This document shows, one piece after another, positions 1-22,420 of a stretch of 64,000 nucleotides of DNA. Position 1 is the first letter of the stretch. Every line of letters starts with the position of its first letter. The notes beneath the pieces were generated by a model. The model saw only the letters and a list, made by a program, of their open reading frames with translations. It was not told where the DNA came from and ran no database searches. This stretch comes from Antedon mediterranea (taxonomy: Eukaryota > Animalia > Echinodermata), in the NCBI RefSeq assembly GCF_964355755.1, contig NC_092673.1, positions 4,588,001 through 4,652,000 of the forward strand, read 5' to 3'. The position numbers were made by a program, and so were the translations under genes.

Positions 1-814
1 AACTTGAAGCCAGGTGCTAAAGTTCAAACCGATTTTTGCGCCTTTACAATACCCCAATACACCAAGGTAAGAAATCTATTTTTCTTTGTCTTATAACCAA
101 TTCACACAACAATTTCTAATGAGTTGTTTACACTACTAAATTGCATTACACCACTATAAACTAGTGTTTGAAAATATTGAAAGGTTATTGTAAATTATCC
201 AGGGAGATATCCATGTAACAATTTCTTACATTTGTGTTGTGTGTGTGAATCGGGTACTGTATTGCTGTACACTTATTTAGTATACAATAGAGATGGCTAA
301 ATACTTATAGTAGTAATAGTTTGTCTAACCCTCTGGTGGCAGAAAGATGAATAACTGCTGGTACACATAATAGTATACTATTGTATTTAAAGGACAACTT
401 TATCGAGAACCATATTTTGACAACATATTTATGATAATAAGTTTTCAGAACAATTGCGAGAGTTACAATTTCTGCCGCAAATTGCTGGGACGTCAAGTGT
501 ACATAGCAAAATCTACTTCATCATCCATCATTGACATCCTAAATACGTTGTTAAAATATGGTTCTCGGTAAAGTTGTGTACACCAAGATAGGTGGTGTAC
601 CACAAACCTTACTTTACTAGTGATTCCCCATGCAAACAAAAACAAAATTTGTAATTATTGTAAATTGCATCCATAGGCTCAGATGGAGAAAAGCAATATT
701 CCATGCATTGGAAAGATTTCTATTCCTGTTAGTAAAGGTCAACAGGCGGAATCGGTGGCGATTAACCTCCAACCGCATCAGCTTCAACAATTGCATTCTA
801 GACTGATCATGTGA
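1..814 (+). CDS. 3' end (last two coding exons) of an unidentified protein-coding gene
   Basis: Exon <1-66 (NLKPGAKVQTDFCAFTIPQYTK, donor GTAAG) splices in phase 0 to exon 677-814 (after ccatag; AQMEKSNIPCIGKISIPVSKGQQAESVAINLQPHQLQQLHSRLIM*). AATAAA at ~880 and ~912. I cannot name the gene reliably. Confidence 0.7.
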
Positions 815-2591
815 CTCTCCCTTTAACTAATCATGTGACTTCCTTAAATATCCAAACATGTATATGTGATGTAATATTAAATAAAAATGTGATCGTGCTA
901 ATATATTGTCCAAATAAATGTAGTAGGCTCATATTTAAAAATTCAAGATTATCGCATGTTTATTTATGTTCAATTTTTATTTAATTAATTTTTTTTTAAA
1001 TTACTTGGTTTTTAGGATATCATATTTATCACTTTGGTGTATGTTTTTAACCTTCTTAATTTGAAGGGTTTCATTATATCAATATTAGCTGGTGATCTGA
1101 CCCATATAGCAGTCATTATTTTTTATTATATTACATATTGTGCACCACTCATATGTAGAGGTCCTGTGTGACTCTAGTAGCCCCACTTTTCTTAAGTTCA
1201 TTGTTGCAAAAATAAAGCATGCCTATATACTATTTTGTGTTCATTTTGTTAGTTGTTGCAAGGCAATCTAATAACAGGACACTGAGCTAACCTTACCAAG
1301 ATACAAACTCATAACAGTCTTATGTCAAATACCAACAGTACTTTACTATGTACATATTCTCCGCAGTGTCATTGCATGAACCTGATTATTGGTGTATACT
1401 GTTCTGCCAGCCAAATAGTTTCGATGTCTACATTATTACAAACCAACCATGTTTGTGATGTACCTGGAATCTCAAATTAAGCAGTTGATTTGATACCGGT
1501 CCTGTACTAGTTTTTTATACAAGTACAAGTATAGATACCATATGGGGCGTGTCAAACTATTTAAAAGTCAAGAAATTAATTCAAAATAACTGTACTGTAC
1601 ACAACGCGAATCGGTCGGTAACTATGAACACAATAAACAATAAAATATATCCATATGCAGACAATTTTAAACAACAAAAATATAATTTAATGATATTTTA
1701 CAAAACAATGTTCACTCCTACAGTATAAAAAGAATCTTTATAGCATTCTTCCATTAGACAACTATAAATCATGAAATACCTTTTCACTTTTTCTTTGGTA
1801 TTCTATTTACAGTGTTTTCAAACAACTATACTAACGACTAGAACAAGAAATAAAAACATAAAAACTTAAAATCTAAATCATCTGATTAATAAAAACTGCT
1901 ATAATGTTCATGATCTTACGTAAAATCTAACTATGTTGAGTTGTGAAAGCCTGTGTATAAAATTATTGCAATTACCCTGTTTTTGGTTAATTTTATATTA
2001 GAGTTGTGTTCTCTATAGACTACAGAGAAAGAGGTAGTAAGACTGGTCAAGGTGTTACATATTTAAGGTAAAATTTTATGAAAATCATAACAAAAAATTA
2101 TCAAATTCAATATCATTGCAATTACCCTGAGAAATGATGTTTTGTTAAGTTACATTAAAAACCAAACCCACTTTGTGACAAATACATCAAAGAATTTATA
2201 AAAAAAAAAGGGATTTAATATGCCATCTGTTTAGCCTGAACATTTACACTAATACTTTTTACAAAATCCATAGAAATCAATACCAGGTACTTCTGTGCAA
2301 TCTTAAGTAATCTTTTTTTTTATAACTTCCTGGCAATGTTTTTGAATTTAATAACAAAACGATTGATTGAATAATGTGAAACTATAGTAAATATAATATT
2401 TAGCAATATCTGGGATTAATTTGGCATCTGCTTTATATATACAATGGTTTTTTTTTAGTTGTAAAGACAAAAGTGAACTAAAGTCCTTTTAAATTTTTTT
2501 TTTTATAATAAACAGTATTAGACAAATATGTTTTAGGGTTTCTGTTCCTGAAACATATTTCAGTTCCTCTGCTCTATGTAATATCAAAGTA

Positions 2592-5500
2592 CTAAGGCAA
2601 AACTCTAACATATCGAAAGCTTGATATGCGTTCATATTCAATTCGCTGCTGCTGGCGGCGCATGTACTCCATCCTAGAATTGGTCATGATATCGCGATAA
2701 TTATATGGCACATGGCGCGTCGACGGGTGTTCCGGATAAACACGATACATGCGAGGTTCATACGGTTTGGCATAACGGCGATTGTAGTCGTAACTTTCGT
2801 TAACATACAAGTGCCAAAACTGCTGCATGGAATGCAGGACGCCTGGGTGGAATACTTTTTGTTGAGGTGGAAGGGGAGGAGGAATTATTCTTTGTTGTTG
2901 TAGAGGTGGCAGATATGGTTGTGGTGGTAAATATGGCCCTGGCAAATGTTGCCGATTAACAGGCATTAACAGTGGTGGGATGCGCTCACCGTTTATTTTT
3001 TTCCGTTTTGCCTTGTTTTCCTCAATTGGATTTGGTCGCATTCTTTTTGCTGGATTTGGAATTGCCCCAATATTGTCAAAGTCCAGATACTGCGGCAAAT
3101 TATCCAACTCGGTGAAATTGGACCGTTTGTCGACCATCAGACGTGGGGCGCTGTTAACGTTCTTTTTCATTGGGTCAACATCCGACGATACATCATCAAA
3201 CATTTTCATCTTGTGACGAGGCAGTTCAATTTGCCAAGAGTCACAGATATGAGTCAGCAAAATGTTTGAGATTCGTCGATGAGCCATCGCTTTCCAATGA
3301 ATACCGTCACTGGCGCGCCAATGCAGCAGCTCTTTGAACAAATAGTGCAGATCAACGACATCAAAATCGTGAAGCTCGGCAAGTTGGCACGCATAGTAAT
3401 TGCCTTCAATTACATCCCGATTCAAAGAGTTTGATAAATAGCTCAACTCTGGTAGTAAAAACCCACCTTTTACTTTACTAGCTACAGGCAGTGCAGTGTT
3501 CCAAATAATCCTACACCTTTCCCAAAACTGATTCTTTAGAGCCAAGAAGGTTTTCTCTAGGTTCTTCTTGTAAGCAGTCATTGAGTGAGGCCCATAACGA
3601 GAGATATCCCAGACACATGAATTTATTATCAGGATATCAGGCATAAGATTTAATAGATTGTTAAAGATGGACTTCATGTATTTACTGTTAACTCGTGTCA
3701 CAAAATAGTACCTGTAAAAGCAAAAACAATATCCATTATTCAGTAACATTTGCAAAACTTAAACTGTGGCTTCCCAATGCTACAGTATACAAGAGTCGCC
3801 TTCATTAAAAAACCCCTTTGAAAACACACTTTATTGGTTCTTTGTATTCTAATCTATACAACTGTAATTATTTCAACCCCCTTTTTATTTCTTTTTAGGA
3901 CAACCTGTAGGTAGTGTAATTGTAGTCAGTGGTACTGATTTTAATAGAACCATTAGTACACCACTTTAAAAGGGACATTTTCTCGAAATGAACGAGTTTA
4001 AACGACCAAGATGCAAAAATGTATAATATATAACAGTACGGGCAACCCTAATTCACAGGGCACTTCATTTGGTCCTAAATGTGTCCCCTTAATAGGGGTT
4101 CTGCTATATATTACTTTACCTACCTGACCCAATGGAAGTCCGTCTTATATTCTCGTACCTCCCTATAGTCAATACCATTTGACTTTGGACTTTGTTCAAT
4201 CTGGACATCATTAAGGCAACTCTCTGAACCCTATAGTAAATTATAAAAATAAAGGCTTAGAATAGGACCCTGTTTCTGCTGCCAAGAAAATACCGTATTT
4301 TATATGGTATTTTTTTTAATACCGTATATATACCGTATTTTTTTGGCAGCAGAAACTGCACTCATAAAAAAAATACCGTATTTTGTATACCGTATTTTCC
4401 CCACAAAATTTGTGGATAAAATACGGCATTTACAAATTTATACTGTATTTTTTGTACCCTTTTCTGCTGCCAATACCTGCGACATGAGGTCAACATCATG
4501 TTTTTATTTTCTGTCACTGTCACTTGTCAGCTGTTTTACACACGTGTATAGATAATATTCGGCGAAAATGTGGAGCGAAGACGTCACAGTATTTACTATA
4601 TGAATCTGGGTGGAGAAGGAGGGGGAAGCTAAAATGTCCGGCCAACTAAAAGGTAATCAAAAGGACAACCACATTTATATTATAAAGACATTTCTACAAA
4701 AATAAAGCAGGAGTAAACTCCAAGCTGAAGAGCCTGCGAAAGCAGTACAACATTGCAAAAGTCAATAACTCGGGGAGGGAATGAATTACTTTTCCGCCCA
4801 TTACGATGTTTTCTGTGCTCTCACAACATCTCTATCACTAGGGCTAGGCTGTTGAAAGCGAGGCGTAAAACTTCCTTTATTGCGACTTTTAATTATCGAC
4901 CAAATAAATGAATGGCAATTTCGGTAAAAAGGATAAAATTTAACACGATCACCCATGAAGTATTGTTAGCATAAACGGGGTACTAAAAAATATGGTATAA
5001 AAAATACCGTATTTTTATACCGTATTTTGAGCAGTTGCAGCAGAAACAGGCCAGCCTAGAATACAGTAATTTATAATAAATGTACAAACAATAGAAATTT
5101 CAAAATGATTGGATAACTTTATATTATGACATTATAGAGCATAAACTAAGTTAGCTTGTTTATAAACATGTCACCTTGCTTTTGAGTTCTGCAGCTGTGA
5201 GGTTACGATCAGATTGCAATAAAAGAATAAGATCCTTATAAATACCACGTTGATCTATAAAATAGAATAGAAGAAACACAAATTAATTAAAGATGTATTG
5301 TCTCCCAAATACCTGAAAAATAAGGATTAATAAAATCAGACTTTGAATAAATCCAGTTTTTGGTCAAAGTGAACCATTTTCTGACAACATGGAGAAATAA
5401 GTTAAAATGACATATTCAATAAACAACATTTTTTTAGGGGGACAATATATCTTTAAGTGTAATAAACATATATTAATAATCATCACAAAAAAAAATATCA

Positions 5501-5791
5501 TTATATAACAATAATAATCAAACAAAATGATACTTTTTAAATACAAGATAATTTTTACTACAGGGGCTACCTTACTGGTATCATGGAGGTAAAATATTTT
5601 TAGCTCCATTCTGGTATTAATCCCTGGTGCCTCTTTCACTAATATAATTTATTTGTATGCAAGGAAAGTTTGGACAGGATAACTTACTCACGAGGTCACA
5701 ACTGTATATACTTACTAGAATCACCAACAAGGACAACGAATGAATTCATCAAAAGCTTTTGCACATCTTCTGTTAAAAATAGGGCTGCCAT
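2592..5791 (-). CDS. PCED1A: PC-esterase domain-containing protein 1 (FAM113/PCED1A-like SGNH protein), ~460 aa
   Basis: Exons 5791-5716 (MAALFLTEDVQKLLMNSFVVLVGDS), 5254-5175 (NQRGIYKDLILLLQ), 4230-4124 (DYREVREY), 3711-2592 (YYFVTRV..PDILIINSCVWDISRYG..DGIHW, Pro-rich tail). All GT-AG with consistent phases. GDS and DxxH catalytic motifs are intact. Confidence 0.9.
4269..5050. mobile_element. Non-autonomous TIR element (~780 bp) in a PCED1 intron, possibly MULE-like
   Basis: Ends CCTGTTTCTGCTGC / GCAGCAGAAACAGG; many subterminal ATACCGTAT motifs; ~90-bp palindrome at the left end; imperfect flanking direct repeat GCTTAGAATA/GCCTAGAATA. Confidence 0.7.
5291..5452. mobile_element. TTAA-flanked MITE, Kolobok-like (subfamily 1)
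   Basis: TTAA|AGATGTATTGTCTCCC ... GGGGACAATATATCT|TTAA; related to copies at 22091 and 56397. Confidence 0.7.
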
Positions 5792-6044
5792 ATTTTAAAT
5801 TCACTAAAAAAAAATACCCATAAGATGTAAGATAAATGTCTGGGCTGCTGCAGCATGGAACAATAAAACAAAGCAACATACAAATGGGTGGGTGACAGGA
5901 AATATAAAACAATGACCAATATAACAATTAAATGTGCACTGACAATTTGGCTTTGATATGGATGCACCACTTCCTGTGTGTGCCACCAATGTAAAGGTGC
6001 AATTTCCAAATAAATTGATAACATAATAATATAATATTAGCTTT

Positions 6045-7040
6045 ACTTAACACATGGCAACTGCCGTGAACAATTCAATCCCTTTCCTAGGAATGCTGAT
6101 AACCAAAGATTTGGAAAAATTGCACACACAGGTTTATAGAAAGCCAACAGACACATGCTTATTGCTACACTACAATAGTCACGTTGACAACAAGTATAAA
6201 AGGTCACTTATTATAACTATGTTAAATCGGGCTTACAAACTATCGTCGACCCACCAACTTTTTAATGATGAATGTGAAATTCTAAGGAAGATTTTTTAAG
6301 CGTCTGAAATATCCAGATGAACTAATAACAACCACCACACAGAACTTTAAACCAGCAGAGAGCAATAACAACACTGCAGAAGGTGAAACAGATTTATCCG
6401 AAATACCAGTGCGAATCATCCTGCCATTCAAAGACCAGAAATCTGCAAACTCCGTCAAGCGACAACTATGCCAACTAAGTCACAAGATAAACAAAAACAT
6501 TGTCCCTGTATTCATAAGTAAAAAAGTTAAAGATAACATTAGGAAAGTCGAAAAGAAACCAACTATTATAAGTCAACAATGTGTTGTGTATAAATTTAAA
6601 TGTGACTTGTGCGATGCAAGTTATGTTGGATATACATGCCGACACCTCTACCAACGCATTGTTGAACATAGTAGATGCTTAATAGGACAGCATTTAAAGG
6701 ATCATAACGTGATTGTTAAACCAAGTAAAATTAATTCATGTTTTAGTATACTTAGGAAATGCAAAAACAAATTTGACTGTCTTATCTATGAAATGTTGTA
6801 TTATATCAGACAATTAAAACCTAGTCTGAATAAACAAAGTGACTCTGTAAAAGCTAAGCTTTTCATTTGACAAGATGTTAGACAATAGGTCTTTTGTTAT
6901 TTAAACTTTGACCCTTGGCTTGTGCTATTTAATTAGTTGTTGTTTTAAATTTTATTCATTGGACTTGATAATGACCCCATGATGGAGTCGAAACGTCGTT
7001 CTTTTTTAAGCGTTATTTTTATATTATGTATTTACAATAA
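6045..7040 (+). mobile_element. 5'-truncated Penelope-like retroelement (RT thumb + GIY-YIG endonuclease + 3' pLTR)
   Basis: SIPFLGMLI..VYRKPTDT..LHYNSH..RAYKLSS (PLE RT C-terminus). One frameshift in the T-run at ~6292-6297. Then CVVYKFKCDLCDASYVGYTCRHLYQRIVEH..EMLYYIRQLKPSLN (GIY-YIG), stop at 6870, hammerhead downstream. Confidence 0.9.
6961..7001 (+). ncRNA. Minimal type I hammerhead ribozyme motif (U3-A8 variant) in the PLE pLTR
   Basis: GGAC-TTGATAAT-GACCCCA-TGA-TGGAGTC-GAAAC-GTC-GTTC: stem I GGAC/GTTC, stem II GAC.CCA/TGG.GTC, GAAA core, palindromic ACGT stem III, GUC cleavage triplet. Confidence 0.75.
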
Positions 7041-7459
7041 ACGTACCCTCATTCGTAATATAATAAGATTTATTTAAATTAGTAATACAACACTCACACT
7101 GTTTACTGACCATATACTGTATACGTTTTCTTGGATCATTCCAAGAAAGAAAACGTTTAATTAATAATATTAATAAGTAGGCCTTTGACATTCTTTCTTT
7201 TTAACTTTGTATTCAAGTATTTTTTAAAAGTCAATCAAAATTATCAAGATAAAAACATATAGGCCAGTGCCAATCTGTAAAATGGATGATATTGTAAATA
7301 ATATATCTTTCTTTCCTTAGAATGATCTAAAAAACACTTAATTATATATGCCCTTTGGCCCAAATAATTTACAATATAAAATATATATTATATTAAATAA
7401 ATAACATTAAGAGTGCGTTTATATATTTAAATTTAAAAAATTAATATTTTCCAAGCTTA

Positions 7460-7797
7460 TGCACTTGTCAATTGTATGACCCACTATACGACCCCCGGTA
7501 GAGGTGCGTCATTTGTCCGATGTGCGTCATACTTTTGAATACCATGACGCACCCGTGCGTCAAAAAGGTGACTTACCTTTAGGTGACCATGACGTACCCA
7601 TTTTGACGCACTGTGACCATGTTGTTTATGATATGGTGGGTGGTAAAGTGACGGACATTGACACACCTTGTTCATTGATGTGACGTACCATCTAGGTTTT
7701 TTGACGCACCCCTGTGTCAGTAATTATTTGTAAATGACGCACCCATGACGCACCTCTCCCGGGGGTCGTATAGTGGGTCATACAATTGACAAGTGCA
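7460..7797. mobile_element. PIF/Harbinger-type MITE (338 bp)
   Basis: ~50-bp near-perfect TIR starting TGCACTTGTCAATTGTATGACCCACTATACGACCCCCGG; TTA on both sides; internal TGACGCACC/TGACGTACC repeats. Confidence 0.85.
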
Positions 7798-9031
7798 TTA
7801 GTAATGAGATCAGTATTTGTATTTTCAGAATCCCTGCTCCATAGAAAGTAAAAATTACATATAAATGAAATAAAATAAACAAGACTAATTACTACTACTC
7901 ATCTCAGTACACATAAGATAAATATATTTTAATTTAGATGAGTTTTGTATACAAGGAAAACATATATTTAGTTCTAATTAATATCTGAATAAAAGGGACA
8001 AACTGAAGTGAAGTGATATTCATCTTCAATTGATTGTAGAGAACTAACTTGCATACTCTTTCATATATACCAGTTGTACAGTTATTCAAAATAAAAGAAA
8101 ACATTTGTGACTTGAATAGATAGACATAGTTACAGTATTAGTAAGTAGGTGAGAAGTAATAGACCAGGCTGCCAACAAAGTGATGAGTTCACTGCCCTGA
8201 GTGAGTGAGATTGATAAAATGATAAAAAAGTTTAAAAATTGGCATACTAGGAATTTAAAACACCAAATAAATTATCTGATTATAAATTTGACTTATTTCA
8301 AAGTACTTATTGAACCGGAGATTCTATGTCAGGGCACCCACAATCGGCGAATATACGAGTGGGAAATAAATCACACTACGAATACCCACTACCACAACCC
8401 AACCAAATTCCTATCAATCATGGCAGTATGCAAATTCCATAACCTGTCCTCGGCTTGGAAATGCCGATGCAATGGGCAACACCAAAACCATTTCAAACTG
8501 AGTGCCAGAAAATGTAACTTTTAGAAACTACAGTACATTATTATAAATATATAACAGTGAAACACATGAAGATGACGATAACGATGACAGACACTTGATA
8601 TGCTTATAATATTATTTAAAAATTACCTTATTGTTGACCACATGCAACAGGTCGAAAGTCGAGCACCTGTTTTATTGTGAAGATGGCATGGATGGTTGTG
8701 TGTGCAGCATGCAGCAGCAGCTTGTTGGAAAAAAAATCTGTCTCCAAAAAAGACAGTGTCTCCTAGTCTGTCGCCCTCAAATATACATAAAAGTTCTACT
8801 AGACTTTTCCTTATCGTCATCGCTCAAATGCAGCATATTTCACAAAAAAAATAATAAATAGACATGTTTATTCATTATTGATTGTTGATTACAATGTATT
8901 AAAAGTTATATAATGTTTGTTGTTTTCTTTAACTTGTTAAAATAAATTCGGTTAAAACCACATACATTTAGAGCAAAATGTGTTGTCCAATACAATCGCC
9001 TCGTGGCGACTGGATTCGTCCTTAAAAATCC

Positions 9032-9050
9032 GTCACGCGAATCATGTGAC
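9032..9050 (+). promoter_or_regulatory. Tandem CLEAR-like/M-box E-boxes (candidate MITF/TFE site) upstream of V-ATPase B
   Basis: GTCACGCGA (one mismatch to CLEAR GTCACGTGA) followed by TCATGTGAC (M-box TCATGTG), 29 bp before the ATG. Confidence 0.55.
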
Positions 9051-9078
9051 TGTATTAATAGAAAATTAATAGAAAAAG

Positions 9079-17740
<8,662 letters not shown>

Positions 17741-18900
17741 AATTATAATATTAATAATTAATAAATTGTGTATCGTAAACAAAGGGAATGGTACTAATAA
17801 TGTAATCCTATGTTCCTTCAAAGATGTAATTAATATATGAGTGGTATATTGTTTGGTAAAGTAAACATTTAACTTGTGTTTTTATACTGTTACAACATAG
17901 ATTAGTATAGAAAAAAGGTGAAAAATATAAATTTATGGATATTATGGGGTTGCATTCCACTGATGGTGTATTAAAAGTTGAGAAATATTAATGTTTATAA
18001 ATTTTGATATTCATTAACTCAACACACAGTGCTACAGGCACATTAACATTCATGATCAATGATTACAAATAAAATTATAACTCACTTTTTTTAATGATAT
18101 GCGACGAAAAATCAATTAAAAAAAAGTGTGCTTTGTGGAAATACCTGATAAACTGAACACCTAGTTTGTTTGATTCTCAACTCAGAGTGATGGCAGCGCT
18201 TCTCACTAAAAAGTAATGTACTTGAGAAGACTGCTTTAAGTATATCATGATCAACTCTAAATGTGAATATGAACCTATCTAGTTATATACCAAGTTCTAT
18301 ACCAAGTTCACAATACATATCTGCTGTGTGGTCAAATATAATGACGTAATTTGATCAACACTGAACACTAACAGCAGTGGTGTGTGTACTTTGAATGTTA
18401 TAATTTTTTAATGTACTATGTTTATGTCATCTCAAATGTAAGATTTTGCAGACAAAATATTTTAAAACCCAAGACAGCTATACAATTGTGCTAATGAAAT
18501 ATTTTAATGGTAAATACAGTGTTATGTACGGTAAATGGCTGATTAGACAAAAATCATTAAATGTGCATGAAGTTCCGTGACTTACTGTAGTTGACACTGA
18601 ATATAGCATGTTTGGTTTGAGATCGAATTGTGCACATGTACAAATAACAAATACTGACTTGGAAATATATTTTTGAAATATATAATGGTATGGTACATAA
18701 CTCAAAATCAGTTTTCAGAGAAGAAAAATACATTCTGTTAGAACATTAGAAAATGTTTTTCAGTGTTAAAAATAAAAATAGAAGCAATATATTATATGGG
18801 ATTAGATTGTAGAATATATTATTAAATATTAATTCTTATGGAAGTTGTCTATTGTATCATTTTGTCGATATAAACTCACAACAAAGGTCATCAATTGTTA

Positions 18901-19079
18901 AGCGTGGTTCCCACTAGCGACGCAAAGCAAGGACGTAACGCAACGCAAGTGAATTGACCAATCACAAGCGATGGCTTATTTGCTTGTGATTGCTAACTGT
19001 CTATAACTTCGCTTGTCATTGGTTAAAACGCTTGCGTTGCGTTTACGTCCTTGCGTTACGTTCTGGTGGGAACCAAGCT
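18901..19079. mobile_element. Harbinger-like MITE (~180 bp)
   Basis: AGCGTGGTTCCCACTAG..CAAGGACGTAACGCAACGCAAG / CTTGCGTTGCGTTTACGTCCTTG..CTGGTGGGAACCAAGCT; flanks TTA/TCA. Confidence 0.75.
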
Positions 19080-19699
19080 TCACCAATGACCAAGTTAACA
19101 CCTAAAAGTTGGTATCTAGCTAGATTTGAACTTGCAACTCGTGGTTTACAAGACTAGTGCTCTAAACTCATGGAAATAGGCTTGTCACCAACGAATGGCC
19201 GAGTGCGCAGCCAAAGATAAAACTCCATTGAATTGACACATAAAAGTTAGCCTCTATTGGGAACTGGCAACCCCTGTTTTACAAGACCAGTGCTCTAAAC
19301 CAAGGACCGATTGTGGGACCGAAGAAACTTGTTTTGAACTTGTTACCGGTGGTGTTAACGTATATTGAGGTTTTGTCACCTAACTATCAGATCAATAAGT
19401 AATAATTGTTTTTTATCATATAATAGCCATGGAAGTAAAAAAATTCTCAATGATAAAATAGAAGGAGAGATATGAGAGGAGAGATTAAAACCTTTTTTTT
19501 GTGTTTGATTTTTTATTTTTTTATTGTATCTTCTCAATTGTCGGTTTATTTAAATAGATGATTTCTATTCTATTATTCTGTTCTATTTATGCCACGTATT
19601 AAATATGTGCATAAAAGCATTATTTGTATTGTATGTTATTGTTAGTTATGAGTATCGATCACGATGTGTGTGGCAGCTTTCTATGCAATTACTTTATCT

Positions 19700-19886
19700 G
19701 AAGAAGAACCACCAATGAGAGATCAAGTATTAATAGTTACTTCTAATAATTAAATGTAACACGCGTTTCTATTGGATAGATGGTGGACGAAACATTAGAC
19801 GCATGCGCATTTGATAACTATCCTTTCATTTCCAAGGCTGGAGAGATAGCGTTGTGTGTGGGGCGGTACATAAAATATTTCTTGAG
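19700..19886 (+). promoter_or_regulatory. Probable GNE promoter and non-coding first exon
   Basis: CCAAT/ATTGG boxes, NRF1-like ACGCATGCGCA (19799-19809), GC box GGGCGG (~19861), strong donor GAG|GTAAGT at 19886; matching acceptor TTTCAG ends at 23089, upstream of the GNE ATG. Confidence 0.55.
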
Positions 19887-22090
19887 GTAAGTGATCCCAT
19901 TTCACAAAATATTAAAGAAGGGGATAGGTAGGACCAACATTGGATTCAAGTTTAGATAAACTATGCCATCATTTACTATAAAGGACAGTAAACGCAACTC
20001 TGTTCAACCAGATCCTCACGATGTAAGCAATTTTCAATTTATTTGATCATCTCTCTGTGTACGTATACGTGTGAGGCCGGCTGAGCTTATATAGCCGGCC
20101 GGCCGGCCTAGAATTAGCTTTCATCCCATGCATGGCTACTCTAACTAGGGCCTAGAGGCGACACCCCTGTTTGGGTGTGGGCTGATAAGGTCAAGGACGT
20201 GTTGGCCCTTCCTTTCTAGGCCTATGTAGTTTGACTCTTGAATAGGTTGGCCTGTTGTGTTACATGTTGTTTAAGTTTGATGGCCACAGTCACAGGTATT
20301 TATGTTTATTTATTTATGAAGCCAATTTAAAAAAGCACTGTCAAGGTTCCTGCAAATGCGCATATCCAATCTTGCCGAGTTGGTCGCAGGAAGTGTCATG
20401 CCAGTTGAAATCTTGCAGTAGTCTGAATAAAAAGAATCTGTGATTGATACGTGAAACCAAATTCTATAAAAAAAAACTTTTCGAGATCACTTTTGCAAAC
20501 TAAAGAGGAAACCTTTTTTTAAATGAATGTTACTGTGGTGTGTTTCTTTTTTATTGCAGCTAAAACTAGGTATTAACATTAATTAAGTATTGCCAAAAAA
20601 AGATACTTGTGATCAAAGCACCATTTAGAAGAAGTTGTATAACTAAACAGGGGTTTGAAGGACAACTGGTGTTAAATCTTAACCATTTGTATTGTTTATT
20701 TCTGTTGCCATTTGACATTCCTTCATGACAACATAATAAACATTCAACAGTATATTAGTACTATTGAAGAATCCCATGATATGTTTTCTGGATCTACTTT
20801 TGCTGAAAAGAAAATCAGGAAGCTTCACATGTACAACAGTATTTATTACAGTTATTTTAAATGCAAGTATCTAGTATTGTAACATAGCAGGCCCATTCCC
20901 CATTATACTCATTCTTTTAGTACAATTCTCGTGAATGCGATTGAAAATTTTTTTTTTTTACTGTACAGTATTCCAATATATAAAAAAGTGTGTTATTGTC
21001 TGTCAATCTGCATTGTACATTATGACCTTTGAACTAATATTATCAAGAAGCATGCACACACTGCATGGTTACTTGGACTTTGTGAATCACCATGTAGGTC
21101 TGACAATTGTGCACGTTGATAGGAAGATAAACATACAAACATTGAACCTGTTCAATCGGAATATATTTTGTGTCCTGTTTGAAAATGTTACTTAATTTAC
21201 TGTAAAATTTGTTTAATCTTCCACCTTCTATATTTTCAAAACCACTAATAAATTCAGAAATCAATGAAGGCTAAAAAGAATGTCTGACATCTTTAAATTG
21301 ATTTTCGTTAAATTAAAGATTTATACTTTAGTCTTTCCAAAACATTTTGTAGATTTCATAAATTAGGAAAAAATAATTAAAAGGCAAAGTAATCTCAACC
21401 AACAGCCCATTGGCTGGCAATCTGATTTTGCTAAAATTGAATTATTTCTATTGTATTATGCGACATTAAAATGGAATTTCGAACAAAAATACGTATCTTT
21501 AAATGTGTTCAATAATAATGTATAATGGTTATATTTCCAATTCTCCTTAAATTATGTGAAATAATTATTCCATGCCTTTTAATTTATTTAAAATTATGAT
21601 AAAACTGTACCAATACAGATAATGAAATGAATATCCCTTGTCATAATGTCATTCATTCGTGAATATAATATGGCAGTGTCCGGTTACCATAACTGTTAAT
21701 TAAATGTGTAATAATATACACTAATGAATTGGATGGTGAGAAAAATTGATGTGTAAAATTGATAATATTAATAGTATATGATGAGTATAATTCAATAAAA
21801 TAAATGAATCATACAGTTTTTGAACCATTCGCTTTTAACCATTTCTACTCTAGTTTTAAAGATAATCTCAAAGCTATAGTACGCTTGTATCGGTTTTTAT
21901 GGCAACAGATCTCTTGATGCTTTATTGATTGCTTACATTCTGTCTGTTTTTGTGTGTTACTTGCAATGTAATAAACCTCGATTGTTTACACAATCATTGA
22001 TCCTGCCATTTATTTTTACTTTTCATTGACATTTTTTATTAATAAATAGCCAATCAAATGCCGTGTGTTTCACTAGTGGTCTTAGCTTAA

Positions 22091-22420
22091 AGATGTATTG
22101 TCCCCCAAAAACATGAAAAACGAAGATTAATTAAATCAGACTTTGAATAGGTTATTTTGTAGTTTTAATAACGTTAATCACTTCAGTAGAAAAAAACAGG
22201 GGAAAAAACAATGTTTTCACTTATAAAATGAGAAAATATGGTTACTGTAATTCAACCAAAAACCCACTGGCTCGCAGCCAATTTGACTATTTTTCCTTTA
22301 AATTACAGTTTTTTCAGATAAATAAATTTCTTTTCGATCCAATATTTGGTCAAACTGGATAACTATATTATTATGTGACATTAAAATGGCATATTCAACC
22401 AAAAATTTTGAAAAAAATAT
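22091..22420. mobile_element. Kolobok-like MITE subfamily 1, right end lost
   Basis: TTAA|AGATGTATTGTCCCCC; colinear with 56397-56691 and 5291-5452. Confidence 0.7.

Noticed and set aside
806-841. Two ATCATGTGACT copies (M-box-like) at the stop codon of the first gene
   Set aside because: Located at the CDS end/3' UTR far from a promoter; most simply a micro-duplication.
3712-3755. N-terminus MQMLLNNGYCFCFY of the 387-aa ORF
   Set aside because: Intronic read-through upstream of the acceptor at 3712-3713; the real start is in the exon at 5791.
8201-8861. Short ORFs and GC-richer blocks upstream of V-ATPase B
   Set aside because: No recognisable domain and no long spliced frame on either strand; more likely PCED1 5' UTR exons or promoter sequence.
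19120-19300. tRNA-Thr(TGT)-like sequence on the minus strand (GTTTAGAGCACTAGTCTTGTAAACCA..GTTCAAATC)
   Set aside because: No complete acceptor stem and a second partial copy nearby; a SINE head remnant rather than a tRNA gene.
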